Source: Candidatus Taylorbacteria bacterium RIFCSPHIGHO2_12_FULL_45_16 (lineage in GTDB: Bacteria > Patescibacteriota > Minisyncoccia > Phycocordibacterales > PALSA-1337). Taken from it: a DNA stretch of 64,000 bases. The translations under genes and the position numbers were made by a program. Below, one piece after another: positions 48,976 through 57,640 of this stretch. A model generated the notes under the pieces. That model saw nothing but the letters and a program-made list of their open reading frames with translations. It was not told where the DNA came from and made no database searches. The stretch covers positions 7,931 through 71,930 of the forward strand of contig MHRT01000007.1 in NCBI GenBank assembly GCA_001821055.1, in the 5' to 3' direction. Each line of letters begins with the position of its first letter. Positions within the stretch are counted from its first letter, which is position 1.

Positions 48976-50229
48976 TACTGGGTATGATTGCGCCTCCCTC
49001 AAAATCTCATCGATCTTTTTCGCGATTATCTTGAAATCTTTTTCTCTCTTCCCTCTCGTCGTTTCAGCCGCGGTACCCAGCCGAATCCCCGATGGATCAG
49101 TTGGTGGTCTTGTGTCAAATGGGATGGCGTTTTTATTCACAATAATACCCATCTTTTCAAGCTTGTCACTGGCGATTTTTCCTGGAACGGCTCCGGCGCC
49201 TTTTGAGTTCTTTTGACCACTCATCCAAGTATCAATGAGAATCAGATGGGAATCCGTTCCTCCGGAAATAACCTTCCAGCCCATGTTAGCCAATCCATCA
49301 GCCAAAACTTTCGCGTTTTTATTGATTTGGGCGGCGTATCTTCTGAATGCCGGAGTGGAAGCCTCTTTGAGAGCAACAGCGACCGCCGCAATCTGATTGA
49401 CATGCGGACCGCCTTGCAATCCTGGGAAGACTGCCTTGTCAATTTTCTTGTGCCAATCAAGCAACTTACCCGAAGCGTCTTTTTTGTCAGATCGGACAAA
49501 AATCAAAGCCGCCCGAGGACCACGAAGAGTCTTGTGCACGGTAGTCGTCACGACATCGGCATATTCAAACGGTGAAAGATATGCCCGACCAGCCACCAAT
49601 CCAGCAATGTGGGACATGTCAACCATCAAGATGGCTCCGCAAGCATCGGCAATCTCCCGCATTTTTTTCCAATCTATAATTCTGGGATAGGCGGTATAAC
49701 CCGAGACAATGATGGCCGGTTTCTCGCGCAAAGCAATCTCTTTTAAATTGGCGTAATCCAAAACTTCAGTATCTTTATCAACGCCGTAAGGAACTTGAAT
49801 CCAAAACTTTCCCGTGGCTGAGACTTTGTGACCATGGGTAAGATGCCCACCTTGATCCAGAGACATGCCCATAATCTTCTGTTGGACCAGCCTGCCCTCT
49901 CTGACGATTGGTGGCACAAGAGCCAAATACACAGCGGTGTTGGCTGGTGAGCCAGAAAGTGACTGGACATTGACATGCCATTTTTCCGGCTTGAGACCAA
50001 AGAGTTTAAGCGCCCGAGCCTTGCAAAGATCTTCGATTTTGTCCACATTCTCATTACCACCATAATAACGGAATCTTGAATACCCTTCGGCGTATTTGTT
50101 GGTCAGTTCTGAACCTAATGCCTCAAGCACATCTTTTGAAACATAATTTTCCGAAGCAATCAGATTGATAACTTTTTTCTGGCGTTTCTTTTCGGCTGAA
50201 ATAAGTTTTTTTATTTGAATATCTTTCAT
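48973..50229 (-). CDS. glyA: Serine hydroxymethyltransferase
   Basis: ...LIASENYVS..., the PLP-Lys region VVTTTVHKTLRGPR, and typical length. Confidence 0.9.
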   Translation of the reverse strand: MKDIQIKKLISAEKKRQKKVINLIASENYVSKDVLEALGSELTNKYAEGYSRFRYYGGNENVDKIEDLCKARALKLFGLKPEKWHVNVQSLSGSPANTAVYLALVPPIVREGRLVQQKIMGMSLDQGGHLTHGHKVSATGKFWIQVPYGVDKDTEVLDYANLKEIALREKPAIIVSGYTAYPRIIDWKKMREIADACGAILMVDMSHIAGLVAGRAYLSPFEYADVVTTTVHKTLRGPRAALIFVRSDKKDASGKLLDWHKKIDKAVFPGLQGGPHVNQIAAVAVALKEASTPAFRRYAAQINKNAKVLADGLANMGWKVISGGTDSHLILIDTWMSGQKNSKGAGAVPGKIASDKLEKMGIIVNKNAIPFDTRPPTDPSGIRLGTAAETTRGKREKDFKIIAKKIDEILREAQSYPV

Positions 50230-50282
50230 ATGAATATAGTCATTCTAGCACGAGAAAAAGTAGTCGCAGAAATAAAAAAGGG

Positions 50283-50322
50283 GGCCACACGCACCCACGT
50301 GTGACCCCGTCCACTGACCCGT
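50283..50322 (-). terminator. Strong rho-independent terminator on the minus strand (GGGGTCACACG-TGGGTG-CGTGTGGCCCC + TTTTTATTT), ending the unexplained 50.3-50.9 kb non-coding region
   Basis: 11-bp GC-rich stem and a U-run, located just upstream of the glyA start. Confidence 0.65.
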
Positions 50323-50908
50323 CCCAGTCCTCGAGGAAGACCGAAGTTGTGAAAAAAGCAAACTGAAACTGAAGAAAGTGGAAGCCGGTGGCGGAATCTG
50401 CCAGCCTATACCAACAAAAATCCTTGACCTAAATTACACGCCTAACTATCAAGGACTCCTGAAAGCGGAGGTTGACTAATGTCGGCCCTTAAACCTTTCG
50501 GTGCCGGCTTCGGGGGAATCGTTCTTAAACTCATATGAATTGGGTGATGTCAGGTCTCTTTGCAGAGCGTGCGATTTTGGAATTTCTCCAGACGCTTTGC
50601 TTCTGAGAAACAACCAACACAACCCCCATCCTTATGATCGCCGGACGATTCGATGGAACCCGGAGGGTTCCCAAGTGCCTCTTGTCAAGAGGCTAGGAAA
50701 CGAGCCACAATCCACCTGTCAGGTGGGATCGCGCTTATGTTTCATCTTTGTAGATTGACTGACAAGAAGACCTTTTCAGGTATCTCCTGCAGCCATCGGA
50801 ACCCCTACTAGCATTCCAATTAACGATACTACTCCCCTAGTAAAATTTGTCAAGTAGCCTGTCAAGTACTTATCCCCAGGTTGTTTTTTGAGTGAGGTTT
50901 ACCATCGT

Positions 50909-51562
50909 TCAAATCCTTTTCCTAATCTCCGCGATAAAATCTTTTTTCACCTCTTCCAGCGGCCTATTTGCGTCAATCACGATGTGTGGAACTTTGGCAA
51001 AAAATTTTAAATACCCCTGACGCACTTTTTCGTGAAATTTTATTTCCCTGTTATCAAAATGATCATATTGTTTTCCTTGAAGAAGCGACTGGTTGCGCGA
51101 ATGTGCTCGTCGCACTCCTTCTTTTGAATCAACATCGACGAAAATGTAAAGGTCCGGTTTGATCGCCAGGCGTTCACGGAGATCCCAAAAAATTTTTGCA
51201 AGACTGTCGCCAGATTGCGCCCAAACATTATAGGCATAAGAAGAAGCGTCGTAACGATCGGCGATTACGGGCTTGCCCGTTTCTATGGCTGGTATAATAG
51301 CGTTCTTGGTATTATCAAAACGCGCCGCGAACATCAGACACAGGGTTGTCTCCACGGGCGCGTCTTTGGCTAGTGGATTTTTCAAAGTAGCCTCGCGTAT
51401 CGCTTCCGCGTAAGGAGATCCTCCCGGTTCTCGAGTCGTGAAAATCGCGTCGCCCAACTCGTCTTTGAGCACAATCAGCAATGAAGACTTGCCAGAGCCC
51501 TCTCCGCCTTCAATGACAATGAACGGCGGTCTTTTCTTTTTTGAAATAAATGGGGAAATCAT
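50909..51562 (-). CDS. tmk: Thymidylate kinase
   Basis: P-loop IEGGEGSGKSS, DRY-like motif, and a lid region. Confidence 0.9.
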   Translation of the reverse strand: MISPFISKKKRPPFIVIEGGEGSGKSSLLIVLKDELGDAIFTTREPGGSPYAEAIREATLKNPLAKDAPVETTLCLMFAARFDNTKNAIIPAIETGKPVIADRYDASSYAYNVWAQSGDSLAKIFWDLRERLAIKPDLYIFVDVDSKEGVRRAHSRNQSLLQGKQYDHFDNREIKFHEKVRQGYLKFFAKVPHIVIDANRPLEEVKKDFIAEIRKRI

Positions 51563-51661
51563 GTTGGTCTTGTAATGCGTAGGCCTATCCTACGCGGATT
51601 ATTACTTTCCAGTACTGCCGAAACCTCATTCCTCTGGAAGTATCTGTCAGCTCGCTTATCG

Positions 51662-52162
51662 TTATTTGTGCGAATCTGTACCAGCCCCTCTCTGAAACTG
51701 TCCTTTCGCCCCTTCAACCAAGTATACATCCTTTATCCCAGCCACGATCATGGCATCCCAGCAAGACTTGCAACACCACCAGTGCCCCCAATGATACAGA
51801 TCCGCGCCTGTAATGTCACCGTAAGCTTTTTGGGCCGCTTTAATGGCACGAGGTTCTGAGTGCAATCTTGGAGAAGCACAGCCTCGACAGATCCAGTACT
51901 TCTGTCCAGTCGGAATTTTGAGGAATCTGCGAACGCAAAAAACTTCCCGGTGAAATTTCATCAATCTCTTGCTCTTCAGAGCCGATTGATTGGCCGCTGA
52001 GCCGATAATTTTTCCACTCACGACAATAACGGCACCCGTTGGCCAAAGCCTATCTGTCGACCCCTCCAACGCCATCCTTTTGGCCGCCGCCATAAAAAAA
52101 TTCGCGATCGGCACATAAATAAATTTTCTCCCCTCTGGAATATATGGATAGTCATTTAGCAT
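51662..52162 (-). CDS. dCMP deaminase-like (cytidine/deoxycytidylate deaminase fold) with an extra Cys cluster
   Basis: HSE...CCKSC zinc motif, additional CVRR...CRGC cluster, divergent from thyA. Confidence 0.6.
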   Translation of the reverse strand: MLNDYPYIPEGRKFIYVPIANFFMAAAKRMALEGSTDRLWPTGAVIVVSGKIIGSAANQSALKSKRLMKFHREVFCVRRFLKIPTGQKYWICRGCASPRLHSEPRAIKAAQKAYGDITGADLYHWGHWWCCKSCWDAMIVAGIKDVYLVEGAKGQFQRGAGTDSHK

Positions 52163-52230
52163 TTGCGTATGTCAATTGGCAAACCGCAAGGTTGTCCAAT
52201 CGTCTGTTGATTATATATAATAAAGAGACT

Positions 52231-53091
52231 ATGACCAAGTTTGACGAGATATACCAGAACATGATCAAAAAAATCATGACGGAAGGGATCGATGAACTCA
52301 ACAAAAGCAAACAAGCTGGAAGTGAGCGTGCAACATATTATACAAGGGCAATGCCTGGGATACATTTTTCCACTGACATAGAAAATGACGGTTTCCCTCT
52401 CTTGACTTTACGAAAAATTCCAATCAAAGCGCCGGTCGCCGAACAGGCTTGGTTCATTTTGGGGTTGAGAAAACCAGAAGATTTCCTAAGGAACTACACA
52501 AAAATTTGGGATGACTTCACAAATCCTGGCGATGTAGTCACAGTAGCTTATGGATATAGGTGGAGAAAACATTTTGGTCGCGACCAGCTTCAACTTTTGA
52601 TTGATTTGCTAAAAAATGAGCCCGGATCAAGACATGGAGTGGTTGTCGCTTGGGATCCATCCCAAGATGGTCTGTCTTTACAAAAAAAGAAGAATGTCCC
52701 ATGTCCATATACTTTCACGGCCAACATCATAGGTGGCAGGCTTCATCTGCATCTCATGATTCGTTCAAATGATGTTATTCTCGGTTTGCCTTTTGATGTT
52801 CTGGGTTTTGCCCTCCTCCAATGTCTTCTTGCCCAAGAATTAGGAGTTAAGCCCGGAATATACAGCCACTCTATTTCCAATGCCCATATATATGACTCCC
52901 ATTACCGGGCGGCGGAAGAATTGACCAAGAGACAAAACGACCACAAGAAAATTGTCTTGAATCTACCTGAAAATGCCTTCCGAAAAATAGAGCAAAGAAA
53001 ATACGAGGTTGTGGACGCCATAATAAATAACCTCACGGAACAGTATCATCCATCGGAAGCTATTACAGGTATCAAGATTGTCCCCTATTAA
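52231..53091 (+). CDS. thyA: Thymidylate synthase (ThyA) family enzyme with Asp at the E. coli-Asn177 position (start at ATG 52231)
   Basis: ...EQAWFILG..., SRHGVVVAWDP, catalytic Cys in NVPCPY, MIRSNDVILGLPFDV, HSISNAHIY. It aligns with E. coli [16 protein letters not shown]. Confidence 0.8.
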   Translation: MTKFDEIYQNMIKKIMTEGIDELNKSKQAGSERATYYTRAMPGIHFSTDIENDGFPLLTLRKIPIKAPVAEQAWFILGLRKPEDFLRNYTKIWDDFTNPGDVVTVAYGYRWRKHFGRDQLQLLIDLLKNEPGSRHGVVVAWDPSQDGLSLQKKKNVPCPYTFTANIIGGRLHLHLMIRSNDVILGLPFDVLGFALLQCLLAQELGVKPGIYSHSISNAHIYDSHYRAAEELTKRQNDHKKIVLNLPENAFRKIEQRKYEVVDAIINNLTEQYHPSEAITGIKIVPY

Positions 53092-53178
53092 TTAATGCTA
53101 TACTAATCTATAATTGTTCAGTCGCGCCATTTCTTTTTTCTTAATTTCATCTCAATCTTTTAACAGTTAGGCCCCGAA

Positions 53179-53820
53179 TTGTTCAACTACATGTCCATCA
53201 TCACCAAAAAAGACATACTTGGACGCGTCCAATCCGGATCGCTTTCTTTCAAACCAGTCCTTGATCAATTCCAGCTTCAGGAACATTCGGTAGACTTGCG
53301 TCTCGGTTTTACCTTCATGATTCCCAAAATGTGGCATGTGACTCCACGCGGGCGTGAATCTCTGGACATTACCCACTTCGACAAACGCAATCATGAGTAT
53401 TTTGAGGTTATTGAGCTTGAACAAGGACAGTATTTCGAGCTTTTGCCGCAAGAATATATCCTCGTCTCAACTCTTGAATCCATAAAAATGCCAACCGATC
53501 TGATGGGCGTGCTATATCCGCGTTCATCAACAAATCGCAAAGGACTATCTTTGGACCTGACCGGAATTATTGACGCCGGATATGAAGGTCAGCTCGTCCT
53601 TCCCATTCGCAACAACACCCGTTCACAAGCGATACGCCTTTATCCCGGTGAACGACTCTGCCAGGTTGTGTTTGAGGAGCTCAAATCAGAAGTCACGCCA
53701 CGTCCCAGCAAGTACCATCAAAAAGACATCATAGAGGGTGTATTGCCAGAGAAAAAGACTGAGGTTGATTTGATTGCCCGCGGAGACATCAAAAGTCTTA
53801 AAGAAAATTTCAAGATTTAG
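53179..53820 (+). CDS. dcd: dCTP deaminase (dUTPase superfamily)
   Basis: ...GIIDAGYEGQLVLPIRNNTRSQAIRLYPGERLCQVVFEEL. Confidence 0.85.
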   Translation: MFNYMSIITKKDILGRVQSGSLSFKPVLDQFQLQEHSVDLRLGFTFMIPKMWHVTPRGRESLDITHFDKRNHEYFEVIELEQGQYFELLPQEYILVSTLESIKMPTDLMGVLYPRSSTNRKGLSLDLTGIIDAGYEGQLVLPIRNNTRSQAIRLYPGERLCQVVFEELKSEVTPRPSKYHQKDIIEGVLPEKKTEVDLIARGDIKSLKENFKI

Positions 53821-53896
53821 AATATCAAATTGTGTACCGGTGGTTTACGAACCCGCTCTTGATGGTTCAATTATCAAACGGCCGAATTAAATTTTT

Positions 53897-54409
53897 ATGA
53901 CCAAATGTTTCATCATCGCCGCCATGACGGCCGACGGTTACATAGCCAAAGAAGTCAAGCATGCGGCTTTTTGGACCAGTAAGGAAGACAAAAAGCGTTT
54001 CGTGGAACTGACCAAGCAGGCCGGGGTGGTGATTATGGGTCTGAATACTTTTCATACTCTTCCTCGTCCGTTAAAAGAGCGCATCAATATCGTCTATTCA
54101 CCGGATAAAATAGAGGGCATTGAGACTACGGCCAAGGAACCAAAAGAACTACTTGACGAGTTAGACGGCCGAGGTATAAAGGAGGTCGCGATATGTGGAG
54201 GATCACAAATTTACACTATGTTCATGAAGGCCGGAGTCGTCGACCGGCTGTATTTGACAATTGAACCACTGATCTTCGGCAACGGTCTCCGTCTTTTTAG
54301 GGAAGATATGCACTACCATCTGGAATTGAAAAGCGTTGTCCAAGCGGAACACGGCGCTTTACTCTTGGAATACAAAGTTGATTATTCAGGAAGTATGAAG
54401 CTCAATTGA
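53897..54409 (+). CDS. folA: Dihydrofolate reductase family protein
   Basis: MTKCFIIAAMTADGYIAKE...VIMGLNTF...IVYS, of DHFR-like length and motifs. Confidence 0.75.
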   Translation: MTKCFIIAAMTADGYIAKEVKHAAFWTSKEDKKRFVELTKQAGVVIMGLNTFHTLPRPLKERINIVYSPDKIEGIETTAKEPKELLDELDGRGIKEVAICGGSQIYTMFMKAGVVDRLYLTIEPLIFGNGLRLFREDMHYHLELKSVVQAEHGALLLEYKVDYSGSMKLN

Positions 54410-54457
54410 AATTGGACATTCGACGATGCGTTGTTTTGCGCCGAGTCTCTTGGCTGT

Positions 54458-54880
54458 TTATTTCACTTCAACTCCCATTGATCGTGCGGTCCCGGCGATG
54501 ATCCTTGAAGCCGCGTCCGCGTCTCCGGCATTGAGATCCTGCATTTTTTTGACGGCAATATCCTTGATTTGCGACTTGGTAATCGTGCCAACCTTAACTG
54601 TGTTCGGTTTGCCTGAACCCTTCTCTTTACCAATGACTTTCAAAATCAAACTTGATGCCGGTGGAGTCTTGAGCACAAAATCATACGAGCGATCCTCGTA
54701 AACCGTTATAACCACTGGAATCATATCCCCCATCATGCTCTTGGTGGCCTCATTGAACTTCTTGGTAAAATCACCGATATTGACACCAGCCTGTCCCAGT
54801 GTCGGCCCGAGCGGTGGAGCAGGAGTGGCTTTGCCCGCCGGAGCAATAACTTTTACTTTTTTTACAATCTTTTTTGCCAT
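54458..54880 (-). CDS. rplK: Ribosomal protein L11
   Basis: [38 protein letters not shown]. Confidence 0.9.
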   Translation of the reverse strand: MAKKIVKKVKVIAPAGKATPAPPLGPTLGQAGVNIGDFTKKFNEATKSMMGDMIPVVITVYEDRSYDFVLKTPPASSLILKVIGKEKGSGKPNTVKVGTITKSQIKDIAVKKMQDLNAGDADAASRIIAGTARSMGVEVK

Positions 54881-54970
54881 AGAATTAGTTTGGGTATCCT
54901 ACTATAGTTAACATTAATAATCAAACATCAATTCAATGACCTAATCGGTTATTGGTATTTGATTATTTTC

Positions 54971-55516
54971 TTACATTTTCTTGATTTGCAAGAAATCCAG
55001 CTCCACGGGAGTATCACGGCCAAACATCGACACAAGAACTTTGACCTTCCCGCGCTCTGTATCCACTTCGGAAACTTTGCCTTCAAAATCCTTGAACGGA
55101 CCGTCGGCAACTTTTATTAGGTCTCCCACCGAAAGATCAATGGAGTGCTGCGTATTGCCTTGTTGCATGCGCATGAACAGAGTCTCCACCTCTTTTGGTT
55201 CAAGTGGAACCGGAGACACTCCGGCGCCGACGAAACCGGTCACACGGGGCGTATTGCGCACGACATACCATGAATCATCAGTGACAATCATGTCTACCAG
55301 CACATAGCCGGGATATATTTTCTCTTCTTCTTCCACGCGTTTGCCACCTTTAATCTTGATCTTTTTTTCGGTCGGAACAATTACCGCAAAAATTTTATCC
55401 TCCATGCCGAGCGACTCAATGCGTTGCTTCAGATTGCGAGCGACAGCATTCTCATATCCGGCGTAAGTATGGATAGCATACCAGTTGCGTTCGCCAGTGG
55501 TTTGTTGTTTGGACAT
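54971..55516 (-). CDS. nusG: Transcription antitermination factor NusG
   Basis: NGN domain WYAIHTYAGYEN and KOW domain ...GDLIKVADGPFKDFEGKVSEVD. Confidence 0.9.
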   Translation of the reverse strand: MSKQQTTGERNWYAIHTYAGYENAVARNLKQRIESLGMEDKIFAVIVPTEKKIKIKGGKRVEEEEKIYPGYVLVDMIVTDDSWYVVRNTPRVTGFVGAGVSPVPLEPKEVETLFMRMQQGNTQHSIDLSVGDLIKVADGPFKDFEGKVSEVDTERGKVKVLVSMFGRDTPVELDFLQIKKM

Positions 55517-55522
55517 ATGAAT

Positions 55523-55702
55523 TTATTAAAAAAGTAGCGTAAGTAGCTTCGAAAAAACAAAATCGGACAAACCAAGCAAAGCCGCAACAACTAGAGAAAC
55601 AATGATTACCATCAAGGTAAAGCGTATCGTCTGTTCACGGGTCGGCCAATTGACATGGGTCATCTCCGCGCGCGTTTCTTTGACATATTCAGTGAATTTC
55701 AT
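55523..55702 (-). CDS. secE: Preprotein translocase subunit SecE (59 aa; below the ORF-track length cutoff)
   Basis: Manual translation gives MKFTEYVKETRAEMTHVNWPTREQTIRFTLMVIIVSLVVAALLGLSDFVFSKLLTLLF. It lies immediately upstream of nusG. Confidence 0.7.
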
Positions 55703-55718
55703 AAATGATTCGATTGTG

Positions 55719-55779
55719 TATTAAAAAATCCCGCTGGGGATTACCCTGGTATAATATAGCATAAGTAAAACAAAGTCAA
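55719..55779 (-). promoter_or_regulatory. Promoter (TTGACT-17-TATTAT) followed by a short hairpin + U-run (ATCCCCAGCGGGAT-TTTTTT) in the secE 5' region
   Basis: -35 is RC of plus 55774-55779 and -10 is RC of plus 55751-55756. The hairpin is at plus 55726-55739. Confidence 0.4.
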
Positions 55780-55824
55780 TGCTTTTAGGCGCATTCAGAA
55801 AAATCTTGCCTGTGTATTCTCCAA

Positions 55825-56616
55825 TTATTTTATCTCGTAAGTAATAGTCACATTGCTCGTCACTTTGTCTTCTCCAACGGGAATTTGCGGGGGCATAGGC
55901 GCAGATGACTTTATTGACATTACATCGGAAACCATTCCTTCGCCACGACCATAATACATCGGCTGATCTGTTGAATCGTAGAAGCTCGTAATTTTGATTA
56001 TGCGGACTTCTAGTTGTTTCGCCAATTCCTTGGCTTTGGTTTTGGCATCTGTGATAGCTTTTGAACGAGCCTCCGCTTTCACCTTTTCAATATCATCAAT
56101 TGAAAATGAAAGTCCATTGACATCTTGCACATCAAGGGCGCCAATAGATGTAAAGATGGCTCCGGCCTTCGAAAGATCACGGATTTTGATCTCAACTGAT
56201 TGACTTACATCATAACCAGTAAGAACTGACTTGCCTGGTTTGCAATATCCGGTAGTGCATACGCTGTCTTGGTAATCATAATGCGGATTGATGGAATATG
56301 ACGTCGTCTTGATATCTTTTTCCGCCACGCCAGCGTCTTTTACCGCTTTGAGGGCAGCATTGGTCTTGTTGGTGGCTTGAGCTTGAGCTTCGGCAACAGT
56401 CTTCGCGGTTTCAGTCACACCAAATGAGAATGTCGCGACATCAGGGATTGAGACTACTTCCCCTTTTCCGTTTACGGAAATAGTGTTATAGACAGGACTG
56501 TCTTTGCCGATATAGCCAATTGATTTGATTTCTTTGATTGAAACAACCACGAGAAAAATCGTCAGGGCCCCGACCGCTCCAATAAGAATTTTCCAAAAAT
56601 TTGATGGGATATTCAT
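55825..56616 (-). CDS. SIMPL-domain (DUF541/YggE-like) periplasmic protein
   Basis: N-terminal TM anchor plus the SIMPL-like ...TFSFGVTETAKTVAEAQAQATNKTNAALKAVKDAGV... Confidence 0.75.
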   Translation of the reverse strand: MNIPSNFWKILIGAVGALTIFLVVVSIKEIKSIGYIGKDSPVYNTISVNGKGEVVSIPDVATFSFGVTETAKTVAEAQAQATNKTNAALKAVKDAGVAEKDIKTTSYSINPHYDYQDSVCTTGYCKPGKSVLTGYDVSQSVEIKIRDLSKAGAIFTSIGALDVQDVNGLSFSIDDIEKVKAEARSKAITDAKTKAKELAKQLEVRIIKITSFYDSTDQPMYYGRGEGMVSDVMSIKSSAPMPPQIPVGEDKVTSNVTITYEIK

Positions 56617-56716
56617 GATATTTCTTTTATATAATTATTAATCATCTTTATGTGGATATAATATCTCCTCTGCCATAGTAAATGCAAGTGTGGACTACGC
56701 GAATAATCACGATGCA

Positions 56717-57550
56717 TCAGAGAGACGCGTCAATGATATTTTCAAATAAACCGAGAACCGTCATCGGACCGACGCCGCCTGGCACTGGACTAATCGCCGA
56801 AGCTATATCCTTTACGGCCTCAAAATCAACATCCCCTTTTAAACTGGCGTCGGGCATTTTGGATATGCCGATATCTATGACTATGGCACCTTTTTTGATA
56901 TGATCCGCGCCGATCAACCCCGGTTTGCCGACGGCCACAATGACAATATCGGCTTTTTTCGTTTCATCGGCCAGATTGACTGTCTTGCTGTGACAAACCA
57001 TCACTTCAGCTCCGTCATTTCTACACAATACGGCTATTGGAGCCCCAACCAATCTGGAACGACCGACGACTGCCACTCTTTTCCCTTTGAGGGAAATCAG
57101 ATAATACGCGAGTAGTTCTTTCACCCCGCGCGCCGTTGCTGGAACTATGGCAAAGGTATCGCCTGACAGTAATTTATCGTAATTGGTTGAAGTCAATCCA
57201 TCAACATCCTTCGTTGGATCAATAGCTTCTATGATTGTCGCCCGATCAATATCGGCCGGTAGAGGCAACTGGATGATGATGCCTTGAATGGAATGATCCA
57301 CGTTGAGGTTTTTAACTGCAGCAAGAACTTCCGGTTGTGAAATTGTCTCTTTGAAATTAGTGTATTTTATATCCACGCCAATTTTTTTTGCAAAGGCCAT
57401 TTTAGCCTTGATATAGGCCGTAGAATCGGATCTATCGCCAATTTGTATGATGGCGAGCTGCGGAATATAAGAAAGTTTTTTGACTTTTTCAACAAGTCTG
57501 GACACGCGCGCGGCGCGGGCGACAAGACCTGAAAGAATAGTTGCTGACAT
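56717..57550 (-). CDS. folD: Bifunctional methylene-THF dehydrogenase / methenyl-THF cyclohydrolase
   Basis: ...IQLPLP..., GRSRLVGAPIAVLC, PGGVGPMTVLGLFENI. Confidence 0.9.
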   Translation of the reverse strand: MSATILSGLVARAARVSRLVEKVKKLSYIPQLAIIQIGDRSDSTAYIKAKMAFAKKIGVDIKYTNFKETISQPEVLAAVKNLNVDHSIQGIIIQLPLPADIDRATIIEAIDPTKDVDGLTSTNYDKLLSGDTFAIVPATARGVKELLAYYLISLKGKRVAVVGRSRLVGAPIAVLCRNDGAEVMVCHSKTVNLADETKKADIVIVAVGKPGLIGADHIKKGAIVIDIGISKMPDASLKGDVDFEAVKDIASAISPVPGGVGPMTVLGLFENIIDASL

Positions 57551-57640
57551 AGGAAGAGCATAGCATACCTGCGCTTACAAATTAATCACGAAAATATCAA
57601 TATTTACAGCCGCATTTTTTACATGACAACAAACATTTCC

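Noticed and set aside
50230-50908. Assigning the glyA-tmk spacer to tmRNA or RNase P RNA
   Set aside because: I could not find GGATTCGAC or a tag-peptide ORF ending in AA-stop (tmRNA). Nor could I find the P4 strands AGGAAAGUCCGGGC / ACAGAAnCCGGCUUA (RNase P). It is left as an unclassified RNA locus.
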